Positions 39,829-51,108 are shown, counted from the first letter of the stretch. The stretch: DNA of 64,000 nt from an uncultured delta proteobacterium (GCA_963736855.1 CAVTQK010000021.1:224001-288000), one strand, 5' to 3'. Numbers and translations are program-made. Notes: a model not told the origin generated them from the sequence alone.

Positions 39829-40105
39829 GGGGAAACCTCCTTGTCTCTTTGGCTGTTAAAGATGTTTTGGGGGGATTGAAAAGGCCTGGCTGTTTCAAGC
39901 ATCCTATATAATATAAATGTAAAAAACTACAAAGACTGTCGGAGTGTGTCAACATAAAATTGCTGAGTTGTAGAGAAACGGGGCTCCTCCACGGAATACC
40001 GTCTTGCCCAGCGGGCCGATTATGTACCTGGAGATTCCAACGCACTCCGGCTGACACATCAATCCAAATAATCCCGTGTGTAGAGAACAAATAAACATTT
40101 TTCCC

Positions 40106-40156
40106 TTGACAGAACTTACCAGATATGTTCAATTCCCGAACGTACAAAAACTGAAC
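40106..40156 (+). promoter_or_regulatory. Putative promoter with tandem GTTCA-N5-TGAAC operators upstream of the MarR-type regulator
   Basis: TTGACA at 40106; GTTCA-attcc-CGAAC (40127-40141) abutting GTACA-aaaac-TGAAC (40142-40156). Confidence 0.5.
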
Positions 40157-40255
40157 GATCAATTTTATGAGTTTTATCGGACGGATTTGACTCGAGTCCG
40201 ATGCAACCCACCAAGCGGAGCTTTTCTGCATCGCCCGTTCTCCCAAATAGATAAA

Positions 40256-40377
40256 GAGACCTTTGAAACACGACTCTTTCCCGTCATGCCGGACTTGATC
40301 AGGCATCCATAACATATTGAAATTACTGGATTCCGATTTTCACCGGAATGACAAATTTGGAATTATTCAAAGGTCTC
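40256..40377. mobile_element. MITE-like element with 12-bp perfect TIRs and internal REP-like hairpin
   Basis: GAGACCTTTGAA ... TTCAAAGGTCTC enclosing gtcatgccgga...tcca / tggattccg...ccggaatgac. Confidence 0.7.
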
Positions 40378-40412
40378 AACAAGCGATTTTTTCACATCAT
40401 CCCTGAATAATT

Positions 40413-40994
40413 ATGGATCACCGAGACCTACGAACGTTAAAGCTTCTTGAAGAGATCGAAAACAACCACGCCCCAAGCCAACGGGACCTGGCACGGAAGC
40501 TCAATATCTCGCTGGGGCTGGTGAATGCCTTCGTGAAGCGCCTGGCCCACAAGGGGTATTTCAAGATCACGACCATCCCCAAGAATCGGGTCATGTATAT
40601 CCTTACCCCAAAAGGGATAGCTGAAAAAACCCGCCTGACCTATGATTATATCCATTTTTCATTTCAGTTTTATCGGAAAGCCCGCGCCAAGCTCCAAGAC
40701 ATTTTCACCCGCATCGAGGAACAGGGAGGAGACAGCGTAATCTTCTACGGAGCAGGAGAACTGGCCGAAATCGCATTTATTTCCTTGCAGGAGACCGCGA
40801 TCCGTCTCGTCGCTGTTCTGGATGATGGTCGGACAGGGGAGTCTTTTCTTGGATTCACTCTGGAAAGTGTGGATGCCATCCGGAAATACGCTTTCGACAA
40901 AGTGGTTCTCACGGAGATGGAGACGGGGAACCAAAAGCTGGAAACACTTCTTTCAAAAGGGATCCCACATCATAAAATCGCGGTTATGGGATAA
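40413..40994 (+). CDS. MarR-type winged-helix regulator (EPS-associated) with C-terminal Rossmann-like domain
   Basis: SQRDLARKLNISLGLVN, YILTPKGIAEK, FYGAGE. Confidence 0.85.
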   Translation: MDHRDLRTLKLLEEIENNHAPSQRDLARKLNISLGLVNAFVKRLAHKGYFKITTIPKNRVMYILTPKGIAEKTRLTYDYIHFSFQFYRKARAKLQDIFTRIEEQGGDSVIFYGAGELAEIAFISLQETAIRLVAVLDDGRTGESFLGFTLESVDAIRKYAFDKVVLTEMETGNQKLETLLSKGIPHHKIAVMG

Positions 40995-41026
40995 ATCGCT
41001 TCAGAGGAGCATTGGGAAAAGAGCCG

Positions 41027-42403
41027 ATGGAACTTAAAAAAAAGATTCTTTGTATCGGTGCGGGCTACGTAGGCGGACCCACCATGGCCATGATCGCTTT
41101 CAAATGCCCCGATTACCAGGTGACGGTTGTGGATATCAACCCGGATAAGATCGCCCAGTGGAACTCGGATCGGCTTCCTATTTTCGAGCCGAGACTCGAT
41201 GCCATTGTGGAGGCCGTGCGAGGGAAGAACCTTTTTTTCAGCACCGACATTGAAAAGGGCATTCGGGAAAACGACATTATTTTTGTCAGCGTCAATACAC
41301 CCACTAAAAATTTTGGTGCCGGAAGCGGTATGGCCGCCGACCTACAATACTGGGAAAAGACTGCCCGGCAAATTGTAGAGCATTCTAAGTCTGCGAAAAT
41401 AATTATTGAAAAGAGCACCTTACCGGTGAAAACCGCCCAAGCTATGGAACGGATTCTCAAGGTAAATAGCAGAACTAACCGATTTGAAGTCCTTTCCAAC
41501 CCGGAGTTTTTAGCGGAAGGAAGCGCTGTAAAAGACCTGGAAAGCCCGGATCGAATTCTCATCGGTTCTCATCGGACACCGGAAGGTCTAAAGGCACAAG
41601 AGTCTCTTGTCGATATCTATACCCGATGGGTTCCGCGGGACCGAATCCTTACCTGTGATATTTGGAGTAGCGAACTTTCCAAGCTGGTATCCAACGCTTT
41701 TCTGGCGCAACGGGTTTCTTCAATCAACGCCATTTCGGCCTTGTGTGAAAAAACTGACGCCGATGTGACCCAAGTGGCCAAGGCCGTCGGAATGGATAAC
41801 CGGATCGGAAATCGGTTTCTCAACGCCAGCGTCGGTTTCGGAGGATCGTGTTTCCAGAAAGATATTCTTAACCTTGTATATCTTTGTCGAAATTACGGTC
41901 TTGACGAAGTCGCAGACTACTGGGAAGGGGTTGTCAAAATCAACAACCATCAGAAAGAGCGCTTCGTCCTCAACATGCTCAATGCCATGTTTAACACATT
42001 GGCGGGGAAAAAAATTTGTATCTTCGGATTTGCCTTCAAAGCCAATACCGGGGACACCAGGGAAAGCCCGGCAATATCTATTTCGAAAAGGCTTTTGGAA
42101 GAAAGGGCTGAGCTCATCATTACCGATCCCAAGGCCCTGTCAAACGCTAAAGTTGATTTAAGCGGAATCGACCAGCAGGTAAAGTATATCGAGGACCCTT
42201 ACAAGGCGGCCAGCGGAACCCATGCCATTGCCGTGTTGACCGAGTGGGATCTCTACCAGACACTTGATTTTGAGAAAATTTTTAACTCTATGGTTCATCC
42301 GACTTTTATTTTTGACGGGAGAAATATACTTGATCATAAAGCGATGTTTCAGATCGGATTCAATGTCTATCCTGTCGGAAAACCGCCCCTGACCCATTTT
42401 TAG
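41027..42403 (+). CDS. ugd: UDP-glucose 6-dehydrogenase
   Basis: [34 protein letters not shown]. Confidence 0.95.
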   Translation: MELKKKILCIGAGYVGGPTMAMIAFKCPDYQVTVVDINPDKIAQWNSDRLPIFEPRLDAIVEAVRGKNLFFSTDIEKGIRENDIIFVSVNTPTKNFGAGSGMAADLQYWEKTARQIVEHSKSAKIIIEKSTLPVKTAQAMERILKVNSRTNRFEVLSNPEFLAEGSAVKDLESPDRILIGSHRTPEGLKAQESLVDIYTRWVPRDRILTCDIWSSELSKLVSNAFLAQRVSSINAISALCEKTDADVTQVAKAVGMDNRIGNRFLNASVGFGGSCFQKDILNLVYLCRNYGLDEVADYWEGVVKINNHQKERFVLNMLNAMFNTLAGKKICIFGFAFKANTGDTRESPAISISKRLLEERAELIITDPKALSNAKVDLSGIDQQVKYIEDPYKAASGTHAIAVLTEWDLYQTLDFEKIFNSMVHPTFIFDGRNILDHKAMFQIGFNVYPVGKPPLTHF

Positions 42404-42417
42404 AAAGATCGGAAAAA

Positions 42418-43395
42418 ATGCACAGGCAGAAACGAATTCTGGTTACCGGCGGCGCCGGCTTCTTGGGCTCGCATCTGTGTGACCGGCTGGTGGGCGAAGG
42501 GCATGACGTGCTTTGCCTGGACAATTTTTTCACCGGCACCAAGAAAAACATCGCACATCTCGTCGGAAAACCGAACTTCGAGCTGATCCGCCATGATCTG
42601 GTCCATCCCATATTCATCGAAACGGATGAGATTTATAACCTCGCCTGCCCGGCTTCTCCGGTGCATTACCAGTACAATCCGGTCAAGACCGTGAAAACCT
42701 CGGTCATGGGCGCCATCCACATGCTGGGGCTGGCCAAGCGGGTTCGGGCCAAGATCCTCCAGGCCTCCAGCAGCGAAGTATACGGAAATCCCACGGTACA
42801 TCCCCAAGAAGAATCCTACTGGGGAAATGTGAATCCCATCGGACCCAGGTCCTGTTACGATGAGGGAAAGCGTTGTGCGGAAACGCTCTTTTTTGATTAT
42901 CACCGACAAAACCAGGTGAACATCCGCGTGGTTCGGATCTTTAACACCTACGGTCCTCGAATGTACCCCGACGACGGCCGGGTGGTGAGCAATTTCATTG
43001 TCCAGGCTCTTAAAAACCAGGATGTGACGGTTTTCGGCGACGGCTCCCAGACACGCTCTTTTTGCTTCGTTGACGACATGATCGACGGAATGATCCGCAT
43101 GATGAACGGACCGGACGACTTCATCGGTCCGGTAAATTTGGGAAGCTCTGACGAATATACGGTGATGGAGCTTGCGAAAAAGATCATCACCCTTACCGGT
43201 TCTCGATCCAGGATAGTATTTGCGAATCTTCCTGTCGATGATCCTGTCCAACGCCGCCCAGACGTTCATCTGGCCCGTGAAAAACTTGGTTGGGAAACTC
43301 GAATGGGTTTACAAGAGGGTATGGAAAAATCAATTGAGTATTTTCGAAGCATTCTATCCGATAAAGATCTAAATTCAGTTTCAAAGGTATCATGA
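42418..43395 (+). CDS. UDP-glucuronate decarboxylase (UDP-xylose synthase)
   Basis: [46 protein letters not shown]. Confidence 0.93.
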   Translation: MHRQKRILVTGGAGFLGSHLCDRLVGEGHDVLCLDNFFTGTKKNIAHLVGKPNFELIRHDLVHPIFIETDEIYNLACPASPVHYQYNPVKTVKTSVMGAIHMLGLAKRVRAKILQASSSEVYGNPTVHPQEESYWGNVNPIGPRSCYDEGKRCAETLFFDYHRQNQVNIRVVRIFNTYGPRMYPDDGRVVSNFIVQALKNQDVTVFGDGSQTRSFCFVDDMIDGMIRMMNGPDDFIGPVNLGSSDEYTVMELAKKIITLTGSRSRIVFANLPVDDPVQRRPDVHLAREKLGWETRMGLQEGMEKSIEYFRSILSDKDLNSVSKVS

Positions 43396-44015
43396 AAAAA
43401 GCTAATTCAAACAACTGCATTCGGTTTGATGGATTCGTATCGCGCAACGATCGTGAACGGCTTCACGGTCACAAAGGGGCGGTCGTTTGGTTTACCGGTT
43501 TTTCGGCCTCGGGAAAATCCACCATCGCCCATCTTCTGGAAAAGCTGCTTCATGACAGGGGATGTTCAACGTACGTCTTTGACGGTGATAACGTACGCCA
43601 TGGTCTATGCGCCGACCTGGCGTTTTCACAAACCGACCGCACGGAAAATCTCCGGCGTATCGGCGAGATGACCCGGCTTTTTATAGATGCGGGGATCATC
43701 GCCATTACAGCTTTTATTTCCCCATTTCGGAAAGACCGTCAGAAGCTGAAAGCCTGTTTTGCCGCTGGAGACTTTTTTGAAATATATGTCCAGTGTCCCT
43801 TGGAGGTCTGTGAAAAAAGAGATAAAAAAGGGATATACAAGTTGGCGCGAGAAGGAGTCATAAAGGAATTTACGGGGATTTCCTCTCCTTACGAAGTTCC
43901 TGAATCTCCGGATCTGATTATTCGATCGAATGAAATGACCCCTGAGGAGGCTGCCCAAAAAACCCTCGCTCTGTTGGAAAAAGAAAATATCATGCCGGGT
44001 CGAATCTCCATATGA
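43392..44015 (+). CDS. cysC: Adenylyl-sulfate kinase
   Basis: [35 protein letters not shown]. Confidence 0.95.
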   Translation: MKKANSNNCIRFDGFVSRNDRERLHGHKGAVVWFTGFSASGKSTIAHLLEKLLHDRGCSTYVFDGDNVRHGLCADLAFSQTDRTENLRRIGEMTRLFIDAGIIAITAFISPFRKDRQKLKACFAAGDFFEIYVQCPLEVCEKRDKKGIYKLAREGVIKEFTGISSPYEVPESPDLIIRSNEMTPEEAAQKTLALLEKENIMPGRISI

Positions 44016-44067
44016 ACGGTATCTTATTGATATGATAGAAATTATCTATTGAATAAAGATTTGATTG

Positions 44068-44871
44068 ATGCTTAAGAGCTTTTATTTTTTTATGCGCCTG
44101 ATCATCTCGCAAAAACACCTGATTATTTCAATGGCAAAACGAGAAATTCTAACCCAATATATCGGATCACTTCTCGGTTTTATTTGGACTTTCATCCACC
44201 CATTGATTTTGATTTTGATCTTATGGTTGGTATTCAGCGTCGGGTTCAGGGTAAAACCCACCGAAAATGTTCCCTTTGTGGTATGGTTGACGGCCGGCAT
44301 GGCTGCCTGGATCGTTTTTGCAGATATTGTCAATGGTTCCGCTAATATTCTCGTCGCCAACGCACATTTGATTAAAAAGACATTGTTTCAATCCCAAATA
44401 TTGCCGGTCGTTAAAGTTGCATCTTCTTTGATAACCCATGGGATTTTTTTATCCGTGCTTATCGGGCTGATTTTGATTTTGGGCCTTCCGTTCAGTTTTT
44501 ATTTTCTGCAATTTTTTTATTATCTATCATGTTTAATCATCTTGGCGTTAGGGTTCGGGTGGATCGTTTCTTCTTTAAACGTGTTTATGAGAGATGTCGG
44601 ACAAATGGTGAGTGTTCTCCTTCAGATCGGTTTTTGGGCCACTCCGATCTTCTGGGATATCCGCATTATGCCTGCTGAAATTCAATTTATTTTAAAGTTA
44701 AACCCGATGTTTTATATCGTTCAGGGATACCGGGAAACATTTATTTATTTCTTACCCTTTTGGGTACATCCCTTACAAACCGCATATTTCTGGGTCCTGG
44801 CTTCAGTGATCTTTATTTTTGGAGCCAGAGTTTTTCAAAAATTGAAGCCTCAATTTGCCGATGTGTTGTGA
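44068..44871 (+). CDS. wzm: ABC-2 polysaccharide export permease (Wzm)
   Basis: YIGSLLGFIW, RDV, FWATPIFW, LNPM, FADVL. Confidence 0.92.
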   Translation: MLKSFYFFMRLIISQKHLIISMAKREILTQYIGSLLGFIWTFIHPLILILILWLVFSVGFRVKPTENVPFVVWLTAGMAAWIVFADIVNGSANILVANAHLIKKTLFQSQILPVVKVASSLITHGIFLSVLIGLILILGLPFSFYFLQFFYYLSCLIILALGFGWIVSSLNVFMRDVGQMVSVLLQIGFWATPIFWDIRIMPAEIQFILKLNPMFYIVQGYRETFIYFLPFWVHPLQTAYFWVLASVIFIFGARVFQKLKPQFADVL

Positions 44872-46211
44872 TGTCCGTGATGAAGAAAAAAGCTGCGATA
44901 GCAGTCGAAAACGTTACGAAAGCCTATAAGCTCTATGATCGCCGTTTGGAAAGGATCATAGAAACATTTCATCCTTTTAAAAAAAAATACCATAAGCACT
45001 TTTTTGCTTTAAAGGACGTATCGTTTGAGGTTAAAAAAGGGGAGGCGGTTGGAGTAATCGGAAGAAACGGAAGCGGAAAATCCACCCTGTTGCAAATTCT
45101 TTGCGGCATTTTAAAGCCGACGGCAGGAACCGTAAAAGTCGACGGCCGTGTTACGGCGCTTCTTGAACTTGGCGCAGGGTTTAATCCCGAATTCACGGGT
45201 AAAGAAAATGTTTATTTAAACGGAGCAATTCTGGGCTTCAACAAGAAAGAAATGGATGCCCGGTACGAAAAAATCCTCAACTTCGCTGAGATCGGCGAAT
45301 TCATCGATAAACCCGTTAAAACCTTCTCAAGCGGAATGTATGTTCGACTGGCTTTTGCGGTTCAAACCTGCATGGATCCGGATATTCTGATCGTGGATGA
45401 GGCCCTGAGTGTCGGCGATTTTTTCTTTCAGCAAAAATGCATGAAGCACATGCTTTCCATGCGTCAAAACGGAGTCACTTTGATATTCGTTTCTCATGAC
45501 TCATCGATGATTCGCGATTTATGCGACAAGGTGCTTTATCTGAAAAACGGTCGAACCATGTTTTTCGGCCCCAGTCAACAAGCCATTCAACACTATTATC
45601 ATGAAGAATCCATGCAATCCTATCCTGATGAATGCGTGCTGGACGAAAATCTCGAACAAAAATTCCACATTCATACGGAACCATCCAATATTGTTGATAT
45701 ATTGAAGGAGAAAGCCGTTTGGACGGCGGACAGCATTGAAAATGAAGAATCGAAAGAAGCAAAACTACTGGCGGTTTTAGTGCTGAACGACCGAAACGAG
45801 ACCACTCTCAAGGCCAATGTAGGAGAGAGAATTAAGTTCAAGGTGTTATATCGCTTACTTGCCGAAGAGCCGATCCATGTCACGCTGACGATAAAAAACC
45901 GATATAATCAGATCATTAATTGCAATGGATCTTATCTGAGCAGCATAGAGCCTTTAAGGGCAATAAAAGGTTCGTACATGTTGTTTGAAATGACGATGGA
46001 TTGCATGATCGAGCTGGGATTTTATTCGTTTTCTTTCAATTTATGTAAAATTACGCTGCCTAATCGAGGAATTACCGTTGATGAAACCCCGTGGTTGGGG
46101 CCGTTGGCGATTAACTGGGACTATGAAAACGAAAAAGCGCCATTTCTGGGCATGTTTAATATTCCCTTTTATAACGCCAAATTTATGCCGGCAGATGAGA
46201 GTTGTTTTTAG
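44871..46211 (+). CDS. wzt: Polysaccharide ABC transporter ATPase with C-terminal carbohydrate-binding domain (Wzt)
   Basis: GRNGSGKST, LELGAGF, FSSGMYVRLAF, IVDEALSVGD, C-terminal extension. Confidence 0.92.
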   Translation: MSVMKKKAAIAVENVTKAYKLYDRRLERIIETFHPFKKKYHKHFFALKDVSFEVKKGEAVGVIGRNGSGKSTLLQILCGILKPTAGTVKVDGRVTALLELGAGFNPEFTGKENVYLNGAILGFNKKEMDARYEKILNFAEIGEFIDKPVKTFSSGMYVRLAFAVQTCMDPDILIVDEALSVGDFFFQQKCMKHMLSMRQNGVTLIFVSHDSSMIRDLCDKVLYLKNGRTMFFGPSQQAIQHYYHEESMQSYPDECVLDENLEQKFHIHTEPSNIVDILKEKAVWTADSIENEESKEAKLLAVLVLNDRNETTLKANVGERIKFKVLYRLLAEEPIHVTLTIKNRYNQIINCNGSYLSSIEPLRAIKGSYMLFEMTMDCMIELGFYSFSFNLCKITLPNRGITVDETPWLGPLAINWDYENEKAPFLGMFNIPFYNAKFMPADESCF

Positions 46212-46379
46212 CCCGATCATCCGAATTGGAGAGAGAGGAAAACAATCAGAGCAATTCAGCCGCTACATGTCCAAGTTGAAAAATTCAGATCGTGGTTAAA
46301 GCCGAAAGTCGGAAGGCTTGATCTTCACCCGCCAAGACCGATTAAAATTCCTGGAAAATATTTTAAAAAAAGAGAGTGT

Positions 46380-47168
46380 GTGAATTATCCTAAAATTTCA
46401 ATGGTGACACCATCATTGAACAGCGTCGATTTCATTGAAGATACCATTAAAAGCGTGTTGGACCAGAATTATCCGAGTCTGGAATATGTCATCCAGGATG
46501 GAGGATCTCGGGATGGAACAACCGAAATAATACAAAAATATGGCGACCAACTGCTTAGATGGGAATCCAGAAGTGACAAAGGGCAGGCATCTGCCATTAA
46601 TGAGGGATATCAAGAAACCGGCGGCGAGATCATGGCGTATCTGAATGCAGACGATGTTCTTCTTCCCGGATCCCTTCATTATATTGCTAGGTGTTTTGAG
46701 AGATATGCTGATATCGATGTGATCTATGGTCATCGGATATTGATCAATGAAAAAAACATGGAAATCGGTCGGTGGGTTTTACCCCCGCATTGCAACTATA
46801 CCATTTTATGGCATGATTTTATCCCTCAAGAGACCCTTTTCTGGAGAAGAAGCATATGGGATAAAACGGGTGGATATCTGGATGAGAGTTTTCAGTTTGC
46901 AATGGACTGGGATCTCATTCTCCGGTTTCGAGCAGTAGGGGCGAGATTCAAGCGCCTCCCCAGATTCTTAGGGGCCATGCGGATCCACGCAAACATGAAA
47001 AGCATCAGGAGTATTAACGATATCGGAAACAGGGAAATGGACCGTCTGCGGGAGCGTTGGCAGGATCAAAGACTGTCCGATGAAAGCCAGGAAAAGTATA
47101 TCAAGAGATATCTTTTTCATCATGTCGTTTTTGACAAATTGTATTTGGCAGGATTGTTACGCTATTAA
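46380..47168 (+). CDS. Glycosyltransferase family 2 (true start uncertain, possibly further upstream)
   Basis: ISMVTPS, DGGSRDGT, GQASAIN, LNADD, MDWD. Confidence 0.9.
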   Translation: MNYPKISMVTPSLNSVDFIEDTIKSVLDQNYPSLEYVIQDGGSRDGTTEIIQKYGDQLLRWESRSDKGQASAINEGYQETGGEIMAYLNADDVLLPGSLHYIARCFERYADIDVIYGHRILINEKNMEIGRWVLPPHCNYTILWHDFIPQETLFWRRSIWDKTGGYLDESFQFAMDWDLILRFRAVGARFKRLPRFLGAMRIHANMKSIRSINDIGNREMDRLRERWQDQRLSDESQEKYIKRYLFHHVVFDKLYLAGLLRY

Positions 47169-47190
47169 TACCGGCTTCAAATCCTGCTGA

Positions 47191-50160
47191 ATGAATATTC
47201 GAGCAAACCAGATGAATCGTTTACTAAAGATCGGAATAATATGCCTTGCAGTCATTGTATGTTCAGTTGCGGTTCATCTTATCTATTCGATACGGCAGCC
47301 ATCCCGCGCATCACTTGAAGTGACGTTGAATACGGAATCACCCGACAACTTTAAAATTTACTGGGCGTTGGAAAACGATGAATTTAATGAGACAAAAAGC
47401 TGCTCGGTTGAAATCATTCCAACAAACAGCGAATATCGGCTTAATCTTTCAGACTTTAAAGAGGTCGAGAAGCTACGCATTGATCCGATGGAAAATACCG
47501 GGCGCCTGACAATCAAGCAAATAACCCTTACCCAAGTCGGATATGCCCCGGTTGAATTTAAAACAGAGGAGCAATTTAAATCTCTCTATCCTGCTAATCA
47601 GATAAGAGCGCTTAATTTTTCCTCAAAAGGTCTTATGGTCGTTTCAGAAGGCGACGATCCTCAATTGGAAGTCAGGATCGTCCCTTCCGTCAGTTACTTC
47701 AGTTATGTTCAAAATAGCTTCATGAAAATGTATAGAAGCAGTTTGGGATTGTTTTTTGAAAGAGCGTCATACCTCGGATTAGAGCCAATCTCTTTTGCAT
47801 TTTTCTTTATTGATTTCCTGATCATCGTAAGCATTTCCGCTTCCATTCTCAGGATCATGAGATTTGATTTTGGTGACAGCACTTCAACGGCGGTGGCTGC
47901 AGGTATAATGTTTTTTTGCATGGTAGTGCTCTCAACAATGCTCATGGGTGTTTTCAAGCTGTTGACATGGAAGTGCATATCGGTTTTTCATTTGCTCCTG
48001 TGGATCGGGGTACATACCTACCTTTCTTTAAATCAGAAAAAGCGATTTATCCTTTCCGCCCTCGATAGTTTTACCGGTCTTGTCAATTCAATATTTACTC
48101 CTTTTAAAACAGTCGCGAATAGAAAAAATTGGGGAAAGGAGTCTTTTCTTACATCAATACTCATTATCACCATCACAATTATCCTGATAATATATTTCAT
48201 CCCCAGTGTTTTTACGTTGCCGCTTAATTTTGATTCCAATAATTACCGTCTTCCAAGGATAGGATATTGGCTTCAAGAAAGGAACCTATACCACTATAAT
48301 GCACTGGATCCCAGACAACTATATATGCCGATTAATGCAGATTTGGTGATGTTATGGGCGACATCATTTTTTAATCAGGGATATCCACTGGTTCACCTTC
48401 CACAATTTTTAGGCGGGGTGTTGAGCTGTATTTCAACGTTTGCAATCGGAAGAAAAGTCGGTCTTACGAAATTGTTTTCATTGGCCGCTGCTTTGTTTTT
48501 TTTGGGAATTCCAAACAGCGCAAGCCAAATGTTTACATCTCAGACGGATTTGTTTACAACCGGATGCTTGGTTGCAGGTATTTATTTTTTATTTGACGGG
48601 CTGAAAACGGGATCAGCAAAATTCTATTTGCTTTTCGGATTAGGATTAGGATTGGCGGTTGGGGCGAAGGGAACGGTTTTTTTTTGGGGTCCGGGGCTTG
48701 CGGTACTGTTTCTAGGATTGATGGTCTACCAGAGACCAAAGTTAAGCAAGGTTGTTTCCGGATTATTATTGGCAGTCGTCGCAATGGTCGGCATCGGCGG
48801 ATTCAATTACGCACAAAATTTATTAACCTATAAAAATATTTTGGCACCTTCTGAAAAAGTAGTCTTTGAGACATTCCCAAAACATACAAACCGATCCATG
48901 AGCGAGAGCGTATTGATTCGAGCCATGGCTCTTTTTTGGCAGGTTTTTGACCCAAGTTCAAACATACCTATTCTCCATCCGATTACGAATGCCGGATTGA
49001 AAAATATGGAGAAACAGATCAGAAGCCGCATGGAAGGATTGAAATCCCCATATGTAAAGCGATTTGACAAGGCAACCAGATGGATCGGAAGCCAGAAGCT
49101 CAATGAAGACTATATGACTTTTGGATTTTTAAGCCTTCTTTTATTCGGTCTCGGTGGAATGACGGCAGGGTTCAATATGTTGCGGTTCAGAGATTCGAAA
49201 GCTATTCCGGTCCTATTGATCGCTATATCGGTAATAGTTTATTTCATTTTTTTCCCTATAGTGAGGGGATGGTCGGTTCATCAATATCGGTATGCAGTTA
49301 TATTGACGCCATTTATGAGCATCGTTTCCCTGTATTTTTTTCAAAATGTTTTTTATGCTCTCACGATATCATCGTTAAAGGCAGTTGTCGCCACCATCAT
49401 CTTCGTGGTCCTTTTAGGGCAAACATATATGGCATTTTACATTTCTTTTAATAGTCTGAATCATGGATGGAATGCTATTTTAAGATTTAAAAAACGACCA
49501 AATTACTACTATTTGTCTGAAATGAATAAATTGTTAAAAAAATTTGAGGACAAACAATACAAAATCGGGCTGCTGGTCGGAAAAGGACCTTGGACATCAG
49601 TCTTTTATCGTCGCCCGTTGCATCACCATATTACATATTTAAATCTCCCGTTGCCGAAGACAATCGACTTCGATTATTTTATAAAAAACAATATTGATGT
49701 CATGGTCATTCAGCATTGGTCAGGTGTAAGGCTTAAAGGAGATTACAACGTTTATCAGACCAAGCAAAATCTCGCAGCCATCATGCCTTGCAATAAATCC
49801 GAGAATTGCCATCCGTGGATATCTCACAAGGATATGTTTGATGATCGATGGCTTGCCTCGGAAGGTTCATTTCAACTAGGAAATTGGCCAAAGTCAATAT
49901 TTGATTGGAAGCTTTCAAATCCAACTCCGCTACAAAGGAAAATCATATTGTCTTCTTCTTTAGATATTAAAGAAATCGATATTTCTGCTGATCAGTCAGA
50001 TTTTTTTAATGCCAGTCTTAAAATTGCTGAAAATGATACAATAGAATGGAAAATTATTCCTTCCTACATACCTAAGAAGCATATGGATTCAAAAGATGAA
50101 AGAAAACTTGGGTTAAAATATTTTCTTAAACCGATAAGCATAAATGAAGACAAAAAATAG
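47191..50160 (+). CDS. Large multi-TM GT-C (ArnT/PMT-like) glycosyltransferase candidate
   Basis: 989 aa; periplasmic N-domain (LRIDP), DSNNYRLPR..WLQ, QTDL, GLAVGAKG, many TMs. Confidence 0.65.
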   Translation: MNIRANQMNRLLKIGIICLAVIVCSVAVHLIYSIRQPSRASLEVTLNTESPDNFKIYWALENDEFNETKSCSVEIIPTNSEYRLNLSDFKEVEKLRIDPMENTGRLTIKQITLTQVGYAPVEFKTEEQFKSLYPANQIRALNFSSKGLMVVSEGDDPQLEVRIVPSVSYFSYVQNSFMKMYRSSLGLFFERASYLGLEPISFAFFFIDFLIIVSISASILRIMRFDFGDSTSTAVAAGIMFFCMVVLSTMLMGVFKLLTWKCISVFHLLLWIGVHTYLSLNQKKRFILSALDSFTGLVNSIFTPFKTVANRKNWGKESFLTSILIITITIILIIYFIPSVFTLPLNFDSNNYRLPRIGYWLQERNLYHYNALDPRQLYMPINADLVMLWATSFFNQGYPLVHLPQFLGGVLSCISTFAIGRKVGLTKLFSLAAALFFLGIPNSASQMFTSQTDLFTTGCLVAGIYFLFDGLKTGSAKFYLLFGLGLGLAVGAKGTVFFWGPGLAVLFLGLMVYQRPKLSKVVSGLLLAVVAMVGIGGFNYAQNLLTYKNILAPSEKVVFETFPKHTNRSMSESVLIRAMALFWQVFDPSSNIPILHPITNAGLKNMEKQIRSRMEGLKSPYVKRFDKATRWIGSQKLNEDYMTFGFLSLLLFGLGGMTAGFNMLRFRDSKAIPVLLIAISVIVYFIFFPIVRGWSVHQYRYAVILTPFMSIVSLYFFQNVFYALTISSLKAVVATIIFVVLLGQTYMAFYISFNSLNHGWNAILRFKKRPNYYYLSEMNKLLKKFEDKQYKIGLLVGKGPWTSVFYRRPLHHHITYLNLPLPKTIDFDYFIKNNIDVMVIQHWSGVRLKGDYNVYQTKQNLAAIMPCNKSENCHPWISHKDMFDDRWLASEGSFQLGNWPKSIFDWKLSNPTPLQRKIILSSSLDIKEIDISADQSDFFNASLKIAENDTIEWKIIPSYIPKKHMDSKDERKLGLKYFLKPISINEDKK

Positions 50161-51108
50161 ATGAAAAAAAATATTAAATTGATTATACAAATACCATGTT
50201 TTAATGAAGAAGAGTCGCTTCCGGTCACTTTAAAAGAATTGCCGAGAGAACTTGCAGGAATCGACCAAGTTGAATGGCTCATCATTGATGACGGAAGCAC
50301 GGATAAAACCGTTGACGTTGCAAAAGAGCACGGTGTAGATCATATCATTTCCCATTCCAGAAATTTTGGTTTAGCCAAGGCATTCATGACAGGTATAAGA
50401 GCGTGTCTTGAGCTCGGAGCAGACATTATTGTCAATACAGATGCGGATAATCAATATTCAGCAGAAAGTATTCCGGAACTAATACGCCCGATACTCGAAA
50501 ATCGAGCTGATTTTGTCATCGGGGCACGTCCCATTGACGATATAAAAGAATTTTCTCTGGCAAAAAAAGTATTTCAAAAAATTGGAAGCTGGGTTGTAAG
50601 AATTGCAAGTAATACCAGAATTCCGGATGCCCCAAGCGGTTTTCGAGCTATTTCGAGTAAGGCAGCAAAAGAATTCAATATATTTAATAATTATACCTAC
50701 ACCATAGAAACGATCATTCAGGCAGGACAAAAAAATATCGCCATGGAATGGGTCCCTGTTAAAACTAATAAAATGATAAGACAATCCAGGCTTATTAAAA
50801 GCGTTCCGAATTATTTGTTCAGGTCATTTGTTACTATTATTAGGATTTTTGTTGTATATCGACCCTTTCGTTTTTTTATGACCATCGGCCTGATTCTTTT
50901 AACTCCAGGTTGCCTTTTAGGAGTCAGATATTTGATATACTATTTCACCGTCGGTGGCGTTGGACACATTCAGTCTCTGATTTTATCGAGCATTTTAATG
51001 GGGATGGGATTTCAAACCATTATGATTGCTTTTGTGGTTGATCTTTTAAGTGTCAATAGAAGACTCCTGGAAGAAATGCTATACAAATCCAGGGAGAAAA
51101 AGATCTGA
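50161..51108 (+). CDS. GT2 polyprenol-phosphate glycosyltransferase-like
   Basis: IPCFNEE, DDGSTD, NTDADNQY, DAPSGFR, two C-terminal TMs. Confidence 0.88.
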   Translation: MKKNIKLIIQIPCFNEEESLPVTLKELPRELAGIDQVEWLIIDDGSTDKTVDVAKEHGVDHIISHSRNFGLAKAFMTGIRACLELGADIIVNTDADNQYSAESIPELIRPILENRADFVIGARPIDDIKEFSLAKKVFQKIGSWVVRIASNTRIPDAPSGFRAISSKAAKEFNIFNNYTYTIETIIQAGQKNIAMEWVPVKTNKMIRQSRLIKSVPNYLFRSFVTIIRIFVVYRPFRFFMTIGLILLTPGCLLGVRYLIYYFTVGGVGHIQSLILSSILMGMGFQTIMIAFVVDLLSVNRRLLEEMLYKSREKKI

